From the IMG/VR virus record IMGVR_UViG_3300020598_000051, positions 1-24,191 of that record: a DNA stretch of 24,191 bases; one strand, 5' to 3'. Position numbers and translations under genes: made by a program. Each line of letters starts with the position of its first letter. Positions within the stretch are counted from its first letter, which is position 1. The notes below the pieces were generated by a model. It ran no database searches. It saw nothing but the letters and a program-made list of their open reading frames with translations, and was not told where the DNA came from. Below are positions 1-7,861 of this stretch, one piece after another. This DNA comes from a virus (lineage: Duplodnaviria > Caudoviricetes).

Positions 1-224
1 CGATCCCAGGCGAGCAGGACGCGGCCGCCGGCGTGGTTTCGGGCGTGCCGGGCGGCGGCGCAGGCCCAGTCCGGATTGTAGAAGGCGTTGGCGCCGAGGC
101 TGCGCGCCGTGAGCGCATGCCAGGCGGCCTTGGGCACCTCCGCAAAATCCATCACATGACGCCGGCCCGGGCGGGCATGGCCGCGCGCCGGAGTGCCGAG
201 TGAGGCGGTGAGAGTGTCGCGCAT
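1..224 (-). CDS. 5' part of a GNAT-family (CelD/BcsL-like) acetyltransferase; runs off the window
   Basis: Hand translation from ATG at 224 gives MRDTLTASLG...VPKAAWHALTARSLGANAFYNPDWACAAARH...VLLAWD, open to base 1. The W..L.....N.FY.P.W pattern resembles the N-terminus of this group. Confidence 0.55.
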   Translation of the reverse strand, partial: MRDTLTASLGTPARGHARPGRRHVMDFAEVPKAAWHALTARSLGANAFYNPDWACAAARHARNHAGGRVLLAWD

Positions 225-379
225 GGAGCCTTCCGCTGCCGGTCTCGCATGAGAGTCCGCCGGCTGTGCCGATAGCCAATCGCGCCGCGTCTAATTTTGG
301 GTGAATCCGATCGCGTAAAGCCGCGTCGAGATGGATCTGAGTCAATGCGCGGTTAGCGGATCGGGCTCGTTATGCGGGA

Positions 380-800
380 TCAGCGTTACGTCTCGTCAAC
401 CATGCGGGATGCGGAAGCGGGCTTGGTGGGGAAGGTTCGGCGGCGAGGGCCGGATCGAACTCCTGCCGGCGTGCCGGTCCACGGGTGGCGTGTGGGGAAC
501 GGTCGCCAGCGACGCCACCGACATCAAGTCGGACCGCTCGGCGGACGGACCGGCAAGCTCCGTGGACCGACCGATGCCCAAGGCCGACCGCGCCTGCTCA
601 TGCTCTCAGCGGGGAACATCAATGACGCGACCATGGCGGTCGGCTTGCTTGAGAAAGCCAAAGGCCGCTTCGAGCGGGTCATCGCCGGCAGGGCTATGAT
701 AGCAGCACTATCCGCGCGGCGATTGCAGCTCGGGGCGCGGAGGCGGTGATCCCTTCAACCGCCCGCCGGCGACTCCGATCCTCTACGGCGTGTCGCCATT
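380..800 (+). pseudogene. Degraded IS5-family transposase remnant
   Basis: One frame reads GGRTGKLRGPTDAQGRPRLLMLSAGNINDATMA...RFERVIA. After a frameshift near 690 it continues GYDSSTIRAAIAARGAEAVIPST, matching the IS5 DDE 'D.GYD...R......G...VIP' region. No intact ORF or terminal repeats seen; ends approximate. Confidence 0.75.
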
Positions 801-938
801 CGCTAAGACAAGCTCGCTCGAAACTTGCTCGCTGCAACCGCTTATTGCGGCCTTAATCACCCACGGGTGCAATCGACTCCGGACCCCGGGCGGAACGGCC
901 TGCGACGCAGGGGAGAGGGTCGCCGCCAGCATGCCGCC

Positions 939-1457
939 TCAGAACCATGTGGTTATGCCCTGTTCGTGCCGGATGCGGCGCAGGCCGCGCATGAGCGTGA
1001 CGAACAGGCCAAGAATGGCCCCGGGCAGCGCCAGCAGGGGCGCCCCGGTGAAGAGGCCCGTATAGCAGCCTCCGGAATCGCCCGGTGCCTGGCACGAGGG
1101 ATTGTATGTGATGACGAGCAGCATCACGCCGAAGCCGAGGAGCGGCAGGAGCACGGCCCAGGCCAGGCCCCAGCCAATGGAGCGGCCGACCAGCCGGCCA
1201 AGGCCGCGTGGCCGCACCCGCCGCGGCCCCCGATGCGAGGGCATCGCCTGGAAGCCGGCCTGTTCGATGGCGGCAATATAAGCTGCCCTGGCGGCAGAGC
1301 CGCGAATTTCGATCAGCCCTTCGGGAATCGTTCCAACGATCTCCGCCTGCGGATCGACGCTGTGCACCGCCTGCCTGTCGGCATCAAGCGTTTCGGCATC
1401 GATCAGCCCGGGAACCGCGATGACGATGACGGGAACTGTTGCGGATGCGGCGGTCAG
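939..1457 (-). CDS. Membrane protein with an N-terminal HMA-like domain and a C-terminal two-TM domain
   Basis: VIAVPGL...AVHSVDPQAEI...IEIRG...YIAAIEQAGF resembles small HMA/copper-chaperone domains. Two hydrophobic helices flank CQAPGDSGGC. Start uncertain: the ORF is open to 1643, but GGGAGA precedes an in-frame CTG at 1457. Confidence 0.55.
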   Translation of the reverse strand: MTAASATVPVIVIAVPGLIDAETLDADRQAVHSVDPQAEIVGTIPEGLIEIRGSAARAAYIAAIEQAGFQAMPSHRGPRRVRPRGLGRLVGRSIGWGLAWAVLLPLLGFGVMLLVITYNPSCQAPGDSGGCYTGLFTGAPLLALPGAILGLFVTLMRGLRRIRHEQGITTWF

Positions 1458-1625
1458 ATTGGTCTCCCGGGGTATGGATCGGGCCTCGTCACCAAGCCCT
1501 TGCCGGCTATCAGGCTTCAGGGCGGCCGCGAAGTAAAGTGGAACCTCACCGGTTGAGTGGTTGCGGGTGGCGGCAGGCCCATGCGATGAACGTCTCTGCA
1601 GATCCTGCGAGAACGAGGCAGCGCC

Positions 1626-2558
1626 ATGACCAGTGCCGTGCATTCCGTCCAGCCGCCCACCGTGACCAGCGCCGAAGAACTGCTGGTCTGGCTGGATATG
1701 GACCAGGCGGCTCTGGACCGGGCCTATGATCAGTCCGTCTGGGCTCCCAATCAGGGACTGGTCCAGATCCGGCGCGACAGCGCCAGCGAACAGGCCCGAC
1801 AGCTACTCGGCGAGCCGGAGCGCTTCGCCTATGGCGAGACGCCGATTGAAACGCTCGAGGTGTTCCGTTGCGCCGAACCCAACGCGCCGGTGGCTATTTT
1901 CGTTCACGGCGGTGCCTGGCGTGTCGGCCGTGCGGCCAATTTTGCTTTCCCCGCCGAAACGTTTCTCGATGCGGGCGCGCATTACGTCGTTCTCGATTTC
2001 ACCAATGTGGACGACGCGGGCGGGGACCTGATGCCCATGGTGGCGCAGGTGCGCCGCGCGGTGGCCTGGGTCTATCGCAATGCCGCGCTGTTCGGCGGGG
2101 ATTCCGAACGGCTTTACCTGTTCGGCCATTCTTCCGGGGCGCATATCGCCGGCGTTACGCTGACGACGGACTGGGCGGCAGACCATGGCCTGCCGAACAC
2201 CGTGCTGAAAGGCGGGGTTGTGTGTTCCGGCATGTATGACCTTGAGCCGGTGCGGCGCTCCGCCCGCTCGAAATATGTGAACTTCACCGATGCGATGGTC
2301 GAGGCGCTCAGCAGCCAGCGCCGGCTGGAGCATGTGCATTGCCCCATCACGGTGCTGGTGGGGGCTTGCGAGTCTCCGGAATTTATCCGCCAGGGCCGGG
2401 ATTTTGCGGCTGCGCTCAAGGCGGCCGGGAAACAGACCGAGTTTCTCGAGGCAGCCGGACTGAACCACTTCGAAATCTGTGAGACTCTGGCTAGCCCTTA
2501 TGGAGCCTTCGGCCGCGCCGCGCTGGCCTGCATGGGTCTTGCCCGGCGGCCGCGCTGA
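1626..2558 (+). CDS. Alpha/beta hydrolase, arylformamidase (kynurenine formamidase)-like esterase
   Basis: HGGAW oxyanion motif, GHSSG nucleophile elbow, C-terminal ES.EF and NHF acid/His region; RBS-like GAGG upstream. Confidence 0.85.
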   Translation: MTSAVHSVQPPTVTSAEELLVWLDMDQAALDRAYDQSVWAPNQGLVQIRRDSASEQARQLLGEPERFAYGETPIETLEVFRCAEPNAPVAIFVHGGAWRVGRAANFAFPAETFLDAGAHYVVLDFTNVDDAGGDLMPMVAQVRRAVAWVYRNAALFGGDSERLYLFGHSSGAHIAGVTLTTDWAADHGLPNTVLKGGVVCSGMYDLEPVRRSARSKYVNFTDAMVEALSSQRRLEHVHCPITVLVGACESPEFIRQGRDFAAALKAAGKQTEFLEAAGLNHFEICETLASPYGAFGRAALACMGLARRPR

Positions 2559-3205
2559 TCCTGATGAGCCGGCGAGCGGCATGGCAGGATGCCGACGGGT
2601 GAGGGGACGTTCATCCCGGCCATTGTGAGGGGCCGTGCTGCCCCTCTGCTTGTTGCGTGATGCTCCTGCACCTGCCGCTGAGTTTGCCTCTGCATCCGCC
2701 TTCCGGCCTTCGGAGCCAGACCGCCTTGGCGGCGGCCTTGCGCTGCTCAAACCGGCATTGCAACGGGCCCGGGAGGGACCGGGCAGGTCACCTATAGGGG
2801 CAGGTCCGGCAGGTCCGATGTTGGCCGTCGAGCACGGGTGAGGGAAATCCTCACGGTGTGATGTCACTTCATGGCCGAGGCCGGGATATCCTGGAGCGAT
2901 GCCGGAGAGGGCGCGCCGCCGTACCATGTGCCGTCATCCAGGCACGGCCGCCCCACTTGGACACCGGCGGCCATTGCCGTCCGCGATGTGGTGTGGCCGG
3001 GGCTCGCGAAGCTCCCGATATGTTCATATTCTCGCGGGGCAGAGCATCCGCGGGCCGACAGCGTTTCCGTTGATTTCCGGTTGTAGCGCCGGCTGACGGA
3101 ACGTGCGGCTGTTGAATCCTGCCGAGGCACGCTGGCAGCGCATCTTCTCCAAGTCGTCTGTGACGTCGTCACATCCGGGAGAAGGTCCGGTAGTTCATAC
3201 TGTCG

Positions 3206-3251
3206 CGATCAAAGCCGGCGGCGGCATCATGGCCGGCGGCGGCTTTGATCG
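3206..3251. terminator. Hairpin downstream of HU, possible terminator
   Basis: Perfect 12-bp inverted repeat CGATCAAAGCCG (3206-3217) / CGGCTTTGATCG (3240-3251), about 45 nt after the HU stop. Confidence 0.45.
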
Positions 3252-3294
3252 GATAGGCGAGGCGGGCGATCCGCCGCAACCGTCGGACCGGACG

Positions 3295-3603
3295 TCAGAT
3301 CGCGTCCTTGAGTTCCTTGGAGGCGCGGAAAGCGACTTTCTTGCTGGCCTTGATCTGGATCGGCTCACCCGTGGCCGGATTGCGGCCCATGCGGGCGGCG
3401 CGCTTGCGGACCTGGAGGATGCCGAGGCCGCCGATGCGGACGCGATCGCCCTTCTTCAGATGCTTGACCATCAGGGCGATGGTGTCACCGAGCATCTGCT
3501 CGGACTGCTTCTTCGAAATCTCGTAGTCGCTCGCGAGCTGGGCCGCGAGGTGTTTCAGGGTGACGGTCGCGGGCGTCGCCGCTTTCTTCGCCGCTTTGGC
3601 CAT
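3295..3603 (-). CDS. HU-family DNA-binding protein
   Basis: MAKAAKKAATPATVTLKHLAA...GDRVRIGGLGILQVRKRAARMGRNPATGEPIQIKASKKVAFRASKELKDAI; GRNPATGE signature; GAGGAGG RBS before ATG at 3603. Confidence 0.95.
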   Translation of the reverse strand: MAKAAKKAATPATVTLKHLAAQLASDYEISKKQSEQMLGDTIALMVKHLKKGDRVRIGGLGILQVRKRAARMGRNPATGEPIQIKASKKVAFRASKELKDAI

Positions 3604-3826
3604 GTGCTGACCCTCCTCGTTCGGAAAGTGCCGTGGAATCGACACTCTCGACGCCTTAGATGATTCGGTGGGGATTGGGAACGGCGGTTGTCCCCATGGG
3701 ACAGGGGTTTCTTGAAATAGGACGGGAAAAGTCCCGGTCTTATAAGGGTTTGTGGCTGCCGGGCGGGGGGCGGGCCCCGCCGGACGCGCGGGGCAAGCGA
3801 TCTGCACATCTTGCCACAATGCTGGC

Positions 3827-3855
3827 TTGACTTGGCGCAGCCACCCCTTTAATCC
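3827..3855 (+). promoter_or_regulatory. Probable sigma70 promoter of tRNA-Asp
   Basis: TTGACT (3827-3832), 17-bp spacer, TAATCC (3850-3855), 16 nt before the tRNA. Confidence 0.5.
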
Positions 3856-3871
3856 CCCTCACATCGCCCGC

Positions 3872-3948
3872 GGGGGCGTAGCTCAGTTGGTTAGAGTGCC
3901 GGCCTGTCACGCCGGAGGTCGCGGGTTCGAGCCCCGTCGCTCCCGCCA
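3872..3948 (+). tRNA. tRNA-Asp (anticodon GTC)
   Basis: Acceptor GGGGGCG/CGCTCCC, D arm TAGCTCAGTTGGTTAGAGT, anticodon arm CCGGC-CTGTCAC-GCCGG, T loop TTCGAGC, discriminator G and encoded CCA; 77 nt. Confidence 0.98.
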
Positions 3949-3986
3949 CGATATCAATCACTTAACAAGATTCATCAGGACCGTTT

Positions 3987-4020
3987 GTTCAGGGTCGAGC
4001 CGGAACCCTGAACTTTTCTT
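3987..4020 (+). terminator. Intrinsic terminator after tRNA-Asp
   Basis: GTTCAGGGT (3987-3995) / ACCCTGAAC (4005-4013) stem followed by TTTTCTT. Confidence 0.65.
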
Positions 4021-4046
4021 CGTGGTCTGTTCTTACTTGTCCCCTC

Positions 4047-4124
4047 TCATCGCCAGAATAATCGCGCGATTAATCGCCAGAATAATCACCTGACCAATTA
4101 ATCGCGGAGGGGTTCCCGCGATTA
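4047..4124. repeat. 12-bp-period TAATCGC repeat cluster, candidate integrase arm-type sites
   Basis: TCATCGCCAGAA TAATCGCGCGAT TAATCGCCAGAA TAATCACC, with units at 4047, 4059, 4071 and 4083, plus inverted pair TAATCGCGG (4099-4107) / CCGCGATTA (4116-4124). Confidence 0.7.
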
Positions 4125-4154
4125 TCTTCCCGCGGTAAAATGATTGGTTCGCGG

Positions 4155-4544
4155 CTAGCGCAAGAACTCGCGCAGCCAAATCTTGATGTGGCCTAGGTTG
4201 GTGAAGCCGAGGACGACCAGGTTGATGGCCCCGGTGACGACGGCGGTGACGAAAACCATGCCTAAGGCCACCTGAGATCGAAAGCCCTTCATCTGCTCCA
4301 CGTCCGGCTTCATGGTCGCGACGCTGGAGGTGACGCCGGTTACGGCATGGGTCATCTCTGCAAGATCGGCCCGGACTTTCTCAAGGGCCTCATATTGGTC
4401 CTTGCGGCTGTCGCTCGCCCTGCCTTGCTCTTGGAGGATCAGTTGGTTCTGACCCTCAATCCGGCCGAGGGCTTGGGCGAGGTCCAGCAGGAGGCCGTTC
4501 GGCTCGACGAGTGGCGGTCGCTCGCCGTCCGGAGCGCCGGTCAC
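4155..4544 (-). CDS. Phage coiled-coil membrane protein of the lysis region (DUF1515-like, possible holin-type)
   Basis: 129 aa, heptad-like middle, one C-terminal TM segment and basic tail; GTGA overlap with the upstream lipoprotein gene. Confidence 0.65.
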   Translation of the reverse strand: MTGAPDGERPPLVEPNGLLLDLAQALGRIEGQNQLILQEQGRASDSRKDQYEALEKVRADLAEMTHAVTGVTSSVATMKPDVEQMKGFRSQVALGMVFVTAVVTGAINLVVLGFTNLGHIKIWLREFLR

Positions 4545-4756
4545 AGGCAGCCCCGGCGCTCAAGAAAGCGGTTGTGCTCCATGACCTGCCGGATGGTTTC
4601 GGGGGTGTCGGAACGGGATGGGCGGATAGGTTCCAGCCCGGCGCACACTGCGCTAGTCCCTGAACCACTTGTCGCCTGACACCCTGCCAGCATCAACATC
4701 CCGGCGAGCATCATCGCGGGCCTGCTTGCCCTTTTGAGCGGACCTGTCTTCTGCAT
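4541..4756 (-). CDS. Outer-membrane lipoprotein, o-spanin (Rz1-like)
   Basis: MQKTGPLKRASRPAMMLAGMLMLAG-C: basic N-terminus, hydrophobic core, LAGC lipobox, two further Cys; overlaps the i-spanin-like frame. Confidence 0.75.
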   Translation of the reverse strand: MQKTGPLKRASRPAMMLAGMLMLAGCQATSGSGTSAVCAGLEPIRPSRSDTPETIRQVMEHNRFLERRGCL

Positions 4757-4880
4757 TGTCCCATTTCCTCTGGGTGCGGCGGGAGCCGTCACGTTGGCCT
4801 TTGTGATAGACGGAGAGGGCCGCAGCGGCAGTCAGAGCAGCGGCTAGAGCGTATTTGCGGAGCGGGGGAAAGAACCAGCA
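4653..4880 (-). pseudogene. i-spanin (Rz-like) lacking its 5' end
   Basis: WFFPPLRKYALAAALTAAAALSVYHKG (TM) then a charged helical tail ending DKWFRD; no plausible start codon or RBS just upstream of the TM segment. Confidence 0.6.
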
Positions 4881-5091
4881 CCTTCCACTTCGGAATGAGA
4901 CGACGCACAGGTGCAGGATCGGCGAATTCACGATCCGCTGAGACGATCTCGTAGCCGTACTGCGACCAGCCGGCCTCTGCCGCGAAAATGACAGCACCGA
5001 TTTCTGGAATGTTGATCCTGCCGGGGATGTGCTCCCACCAAGCGATCTCTTGCTGATCGGGAGAGATAAGCGCGAAGCCGGAGACGATCAT
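4789..5091 (-). CDS. Tail-associated phage protein, probably C-terminally truncated
   Basis: ATGA overlap with the collagen-repeat gene. Protein-like to ...PAPVRRLIPKWKV (about 4880), then reads out of frame across the spanin gene. Confidence 0.55.
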   Translation of the reverse strand: MIVSGFALISPDQQEIAWWEHIPGRINIPEIGAVIFAAEAGWSQYGYEIVSADREFADPAPVRRLIPKWKVLVLSPAPQIRSSRCSDCRCGPLRLSQRPT

Positions 5092-5795
5092 TGCAGGGCC
5101 TGCACGATGAGGGAGGAATAGCTGTTCGTCTTGGTGATGAACAACGCGAACTTGTGACCGTTCGTGGTGGTGGGCGTGTCACCAGCGACATTCGTAAAGC
5201 CAGACGTGGTGACTGAGCCTGCGCTCCCGTCGTTCGTGTATTCAAGGACAATGGTGCATGGCGACGCAGGCGGTGCGAGCGTGTGTGCTCCACCATTCAC
5301 CGCGTGCTGGAAGTTGCCCAGCATCGGGTCCGGCGTGAACGTTCCTGACGACTTCGTGCCAGCGTCGTAGGACGTGGCGGTCGCGCCTCCAGTCAGGTTC
5401 TTGCCGCCAGCGAGAGGATAATATGTGGCCGACGTGCTGGCTGGGTTCGATGCGCGTGTCGCATCTGTTCCGGTCTGCTCTTCAGTCGGAGTTGCAAGTT
5501 CAACAACGCCCGTCTCCGTCAGAGACGCGGCCTGCTTGATGTTGTCGAAGGCAGTCGCCGGATCAGAGACGTCAGAAAGATTGTTGGCGGCTTTCATGTC
5601 ACCGTCACCAGGGCCTGCGGGACCTTGAGGTCCTTCAGGTCCTTGCGGACCAGGGTCGCCTTGGAGGCCCTGGGGACCTTGCTCGCCTTGTGGCCCCTCC
5701 GGTCCGGGTACAGTAGAATCCGCGCCCTTCGGACCACGCAGATAATAGGACAAGCTGATAGCTGCCGCGCCGGTCGGCTGGCTGAATCGAAGCAT
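5088..5795 (-). CDS. Collagen-repeat tail fibre protein
   Basis: 11 consecutive G-X-Y triplets, GDMKAANNLSDV motif, GVVELAT..E..TGTD..RA fibre repeat, beta-rich C-terminus. Confidence 0.8.
   Translation of the reverse strand: MLRFSQPTGAAAISLSYYLRGPKGADSTVPGPEGPQGEQGPQGLQGDPGPQGPEGPQGPAGPGDGDMKAANNLSDVSDPATAFDNIKQAASLTETGVVELATPTEEQTGTDATRASNPASTSATYYPLAGGKNLTGGATATSYDAGTKSSGTFTPDPMLGNFQHAVNGGAHTLAPPASPCTIVLEYTNDGSAGSVTTSGFTNVAGDTPTTTNGHKFALFITKTNSYSSLIVQALQ
5607..5705 (-). repeat. Collagen-like (G-X-Y)11 coding repeat
   Basis: GPE GPQ GEQ GPQ GLQ GDP GPQ GPE GPQ GPA GPG in the 5088-5795 translation. Confidence 0.9.
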
Positions 5796-5810
5796 AGCGA
5801 TGTCTCTGGT

Positions 5811-6194
5811 TTAGAAGGCGACCGGGTTCGGCCGGAAGGTCACGACGCCATGCGCCCAAGCGGTCACGACGCCATCAGCATCAGTTGAGGCGAGGTCGCA
5901 GACGTAATCGCCGCGCAGGCTGATGGGCGGCTGCACGAGGATATTCAGGACGCAGGGATTGCCGTCATCATCGTCACCGATGGACAGGCTACCGTCGCCC
6001 GTGGAGAGCGTGAGGCTGGGATTGCTCTCACCGTCGCAGGCGCGAAATGTCATCCGGAAGGAGAGGCCGGTAAGATCCGTGGGCACACCCGCCGCGCTGA
6101 AATAGATGGCGGAGGACCACGTCGCATTCGCGGCAATCTCGCCGCTGACTTCCATCAGCGCGCCGCCGCTGCCATATCCGGAGCGGGCCAGCAT
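5811..6194 (-). CDS. Small beta-rich tail/fibre adaptor protein
   Basis: TW...IYF...G.P.DLTG..F.M..R...YVCDL...D.DG.V pattern seen in Ig-like proteins preceding phage fibres; TGATG coupling at 6194, alternative ATG at 6155. Confidence 0.65.
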   Translation of the reverse strand: MLARSGYGSGGALMEVSGEIAANATWSSAIYFSAAGVPTDLTGLSFRMTFRACDGESNPSLTLSTGDGSLSIGDDDDGNPCVLNILVQPPISLRGDYVCDLASTDADGVVTAWAHGVVTFRPNPVAF

Positions 6195-7156
6195 CAGCGA
6201 TCACCCCAGACGACGACCGAGATATAGTCCGTGCCGGTGTCAGAGACGCCGGTTCCGGGATTCTGAATCTCAAACCGGACTGTCGTGGTGGACAGCGCCT
6301 TGACATAGAGGGTTCGAATGGATGTCGAGGACGATTGATATCCGAGGACAACCGGGAACACCGCCGTGGACATGGCATTCGTCAGCGTCAGCGTCAGGTC
6401 GCCCGTAGAGTTCTTGACCAACCCCGAAAAGCCGAATTGCTGCTCGATGGTATAGGTGCCGTTGGACGTATTCTTGATCAGGGCCCACGCCTTCGGGATG
6501 GCGGGGTGGTGGATCATCATCGCAGGCGGGACGAAGGTGTCGTTATCGGTAGCGGCCTCCATGATGGCCTGATCGGCCTTCTGGCCGGTCGTCATCACGT
6601 CCTGCCACGCGCCGTCCTCGTAGCCCTCGAAGCGGTCATTGTCCGTGTTGTATCGGAGCTTGCCGTCGTCAGGATTGCCGGGACGCTGCGCCGTGGTGCC
6701 AGCGCCGATCTGGGTGCCGGCCGGTCCGACCAGCAGGCCGGTGACGTTGGCGACCGCTCCGGCCAGCCCATCAACTTCACCCTGAGAGGGGACGCCGAGG
6801 TTTGTCCGGGCCGTGCCTGCGTCCGTGGCACCGGTCCCGCCGAAGGGGATTCCGAGCGCACCCGCGCCGAGCGGAATGCCGGGGTCGATATCGTCGCCGG
6901 AATAGTCAGGCAGGGATGAGCCGTCCGCCCGCGTCGCAACAATTTTGTAGCTGGCCGGGGCGATATACCGCTTGGGACAGACGCCAGATGTGGAAATCAC
7001 GATGGGATTGGCCGCCGGTGTGACCAAATCAGCATCGGAGAACAGCGCGAGCGGCGTTGTCGTCTGGGCCGCGTAGATGTAGAGTTTCGCCCCTGCGAGC
7101 GGCAGGCCGTTTTCATCAACGACCGGCAAGAGTGAATTGCGGATGAGCACTGCCAT
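6194..7156 (-). CDS. Tail fibre/tailspike with P22 head-binding-like N-terminal domain
   Basis: DENGLPLAGAKLYIYAAQTTTP..LFSDADL..P.ANPI N-terminus; GTTAQRP....G.LRYNTD...FEGY fibre module; GAGG RBS. Confidence 0.8.
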   Translation of the reverse strand: MAVLIRNSLLPVVDENGLPLAGAKLYIYAAQTTTPLALFSDADLVTPAANPIVISTSGVCPKRYIAPASYKIVATRADGSSLPDYSGDDIDPGIPLGAGALGIPFGGTGATDAGTARTNLGVPSQGEVDGLAGAVANVTGLLVGPAGTQIGAGTTAQRPGNPDDGKLRYNTDNDRFEGYEDGAWQDVMTTGQKADQAIMEAATDNDTFVPPAMMIHHPAIPKAWALIKNTSNGTYTIEQQFGFSGLVKNSTGDLTLTLTNAMSTAVFPVVLGYQSSSTSIRTLYVKALSTTTVRFEIQNPGTGVSDTGTDYISVVVWGDR

Positions 7157-7264
7157 TACGGGCGGACCTCAAAAGAAAAGGCCGCCGGGCTGGCGACCTT
7201 GTTAGTTCTCGACTCAGGATTGCGGTCTGGACTAACCTTCCCGGAGAAAAGGGGAGGGTCCGGA

Positions 7265-7477
7265 ATGGCCAGCGAAGCGGAGCGGAATCAGCAGGCGGTA
7301 AAGCGCTGGAAGGCGCAGATGGAAACCGAGTTCACTCCGGCAGGAATGCCCGGCCACAACATTGGCACCGATGAGCGGGTTGCTCGCTCTCTGGAATACA
7401 TCGCGGCACAGATGGGCCAGATTCGGGAGACGCTGAAACTTCTTCTTGAGTTGCAGCAGAAGGATCGCTCCAGCTAG
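7265..7477 (+). CDS. Opposite-strand moron, 70-aa helical hypothetical protein
   Basis: GGGAGG RBS before ATG at 7265; amphipathic C-terminus ERVARSLEYIAAQMGQIRETLKLLLELQ. Confidence 0.65.
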   Translation: MASEAERNQQAVKRWKAQMETEFTPAGMPGHNIGTDERVARSLEYIAAQMGQIRETLKLLLELQQKDRSS

Positions 7478-7615
7478 CATGCCAAAGAGCAATCGCATCG
7501 GTCAGGGAAATGCCCTTGCCTCTATAGGATTCAAGATCGGGAATATCTCGCATGGGGGTGGCTCCTTGGAGAAAAGGCCGCCCAGAAGGACGGCTTGGAA
7601 GGATTGACGGATTTG

Positions 7616-7861
7616 ATGGACTTCCCGCGATGGGCGTTCTGGCTGGCGAATGCTATCGTCGTTCTGCTGCTGTATGGGGTTTCACAGGTCGCACAACTTG
7701 CCTCTGCCGAATTACTCGGGGGTGCGTTGTTCGGGTACTTCGTTTTCTTTGTGATGTTCCGTTGGCACTACGGATGGTGGCCGGACTTCAACATGGATGG
7801 CGAGGACGACGCCAATTCCCAGCTTCCGCGTATCGATCCCGACCGCACCAACTATCGCTGA
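7616..7861 (+). CDS. Opposite-strand moron, small two-TM membrane protein
   Basis: Two hydrophobic segments (WAFWLANAIVVLLLYGV; LLGGALFGYFVFFVMF) and an acidic tail; stop overlaps the convergent ejection gene; alternative TTG start at 7595. Confidence 0.7.
   Translation: MDFPRWAFWLANAIVVLLLYGVSQVAQLASAELLGGALFGYFVFFVMFRWHYGWWPDFNMDGEDDANSQLPRIDPDRTNYR

Noticed and set aside
331-749. ORFs 331-699 and 372-749 as intact genes
   Set aside because: They are frameshifted pieces of an IS5 transposase remnant.
1803-2927. 374-aa minus-strand ORF, and similarly 825-1556, 3103-3663 and 15788-16600
   Set aside because: Antisense shadows of well-supported genes in GC-rich DNA, with no recognisable motifs.
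2560-3200. About 640-bp gap between the hydrolase and HU with several short ORFs
   Set aside because: No convincing RBS, motif or RNA structure found by eye; left unannotated.
3604-3819. N-terminal extension of HU in the ORF track
   Set aside because: A strong RBS at ATG 3603 gives a normal-length HU; the extension covers the divergent promoter region.
4047-4124. Repeat cluster as a CRISPR array
   Set aside because: Units are about 12 bp with no unique spacers and no cas genes.
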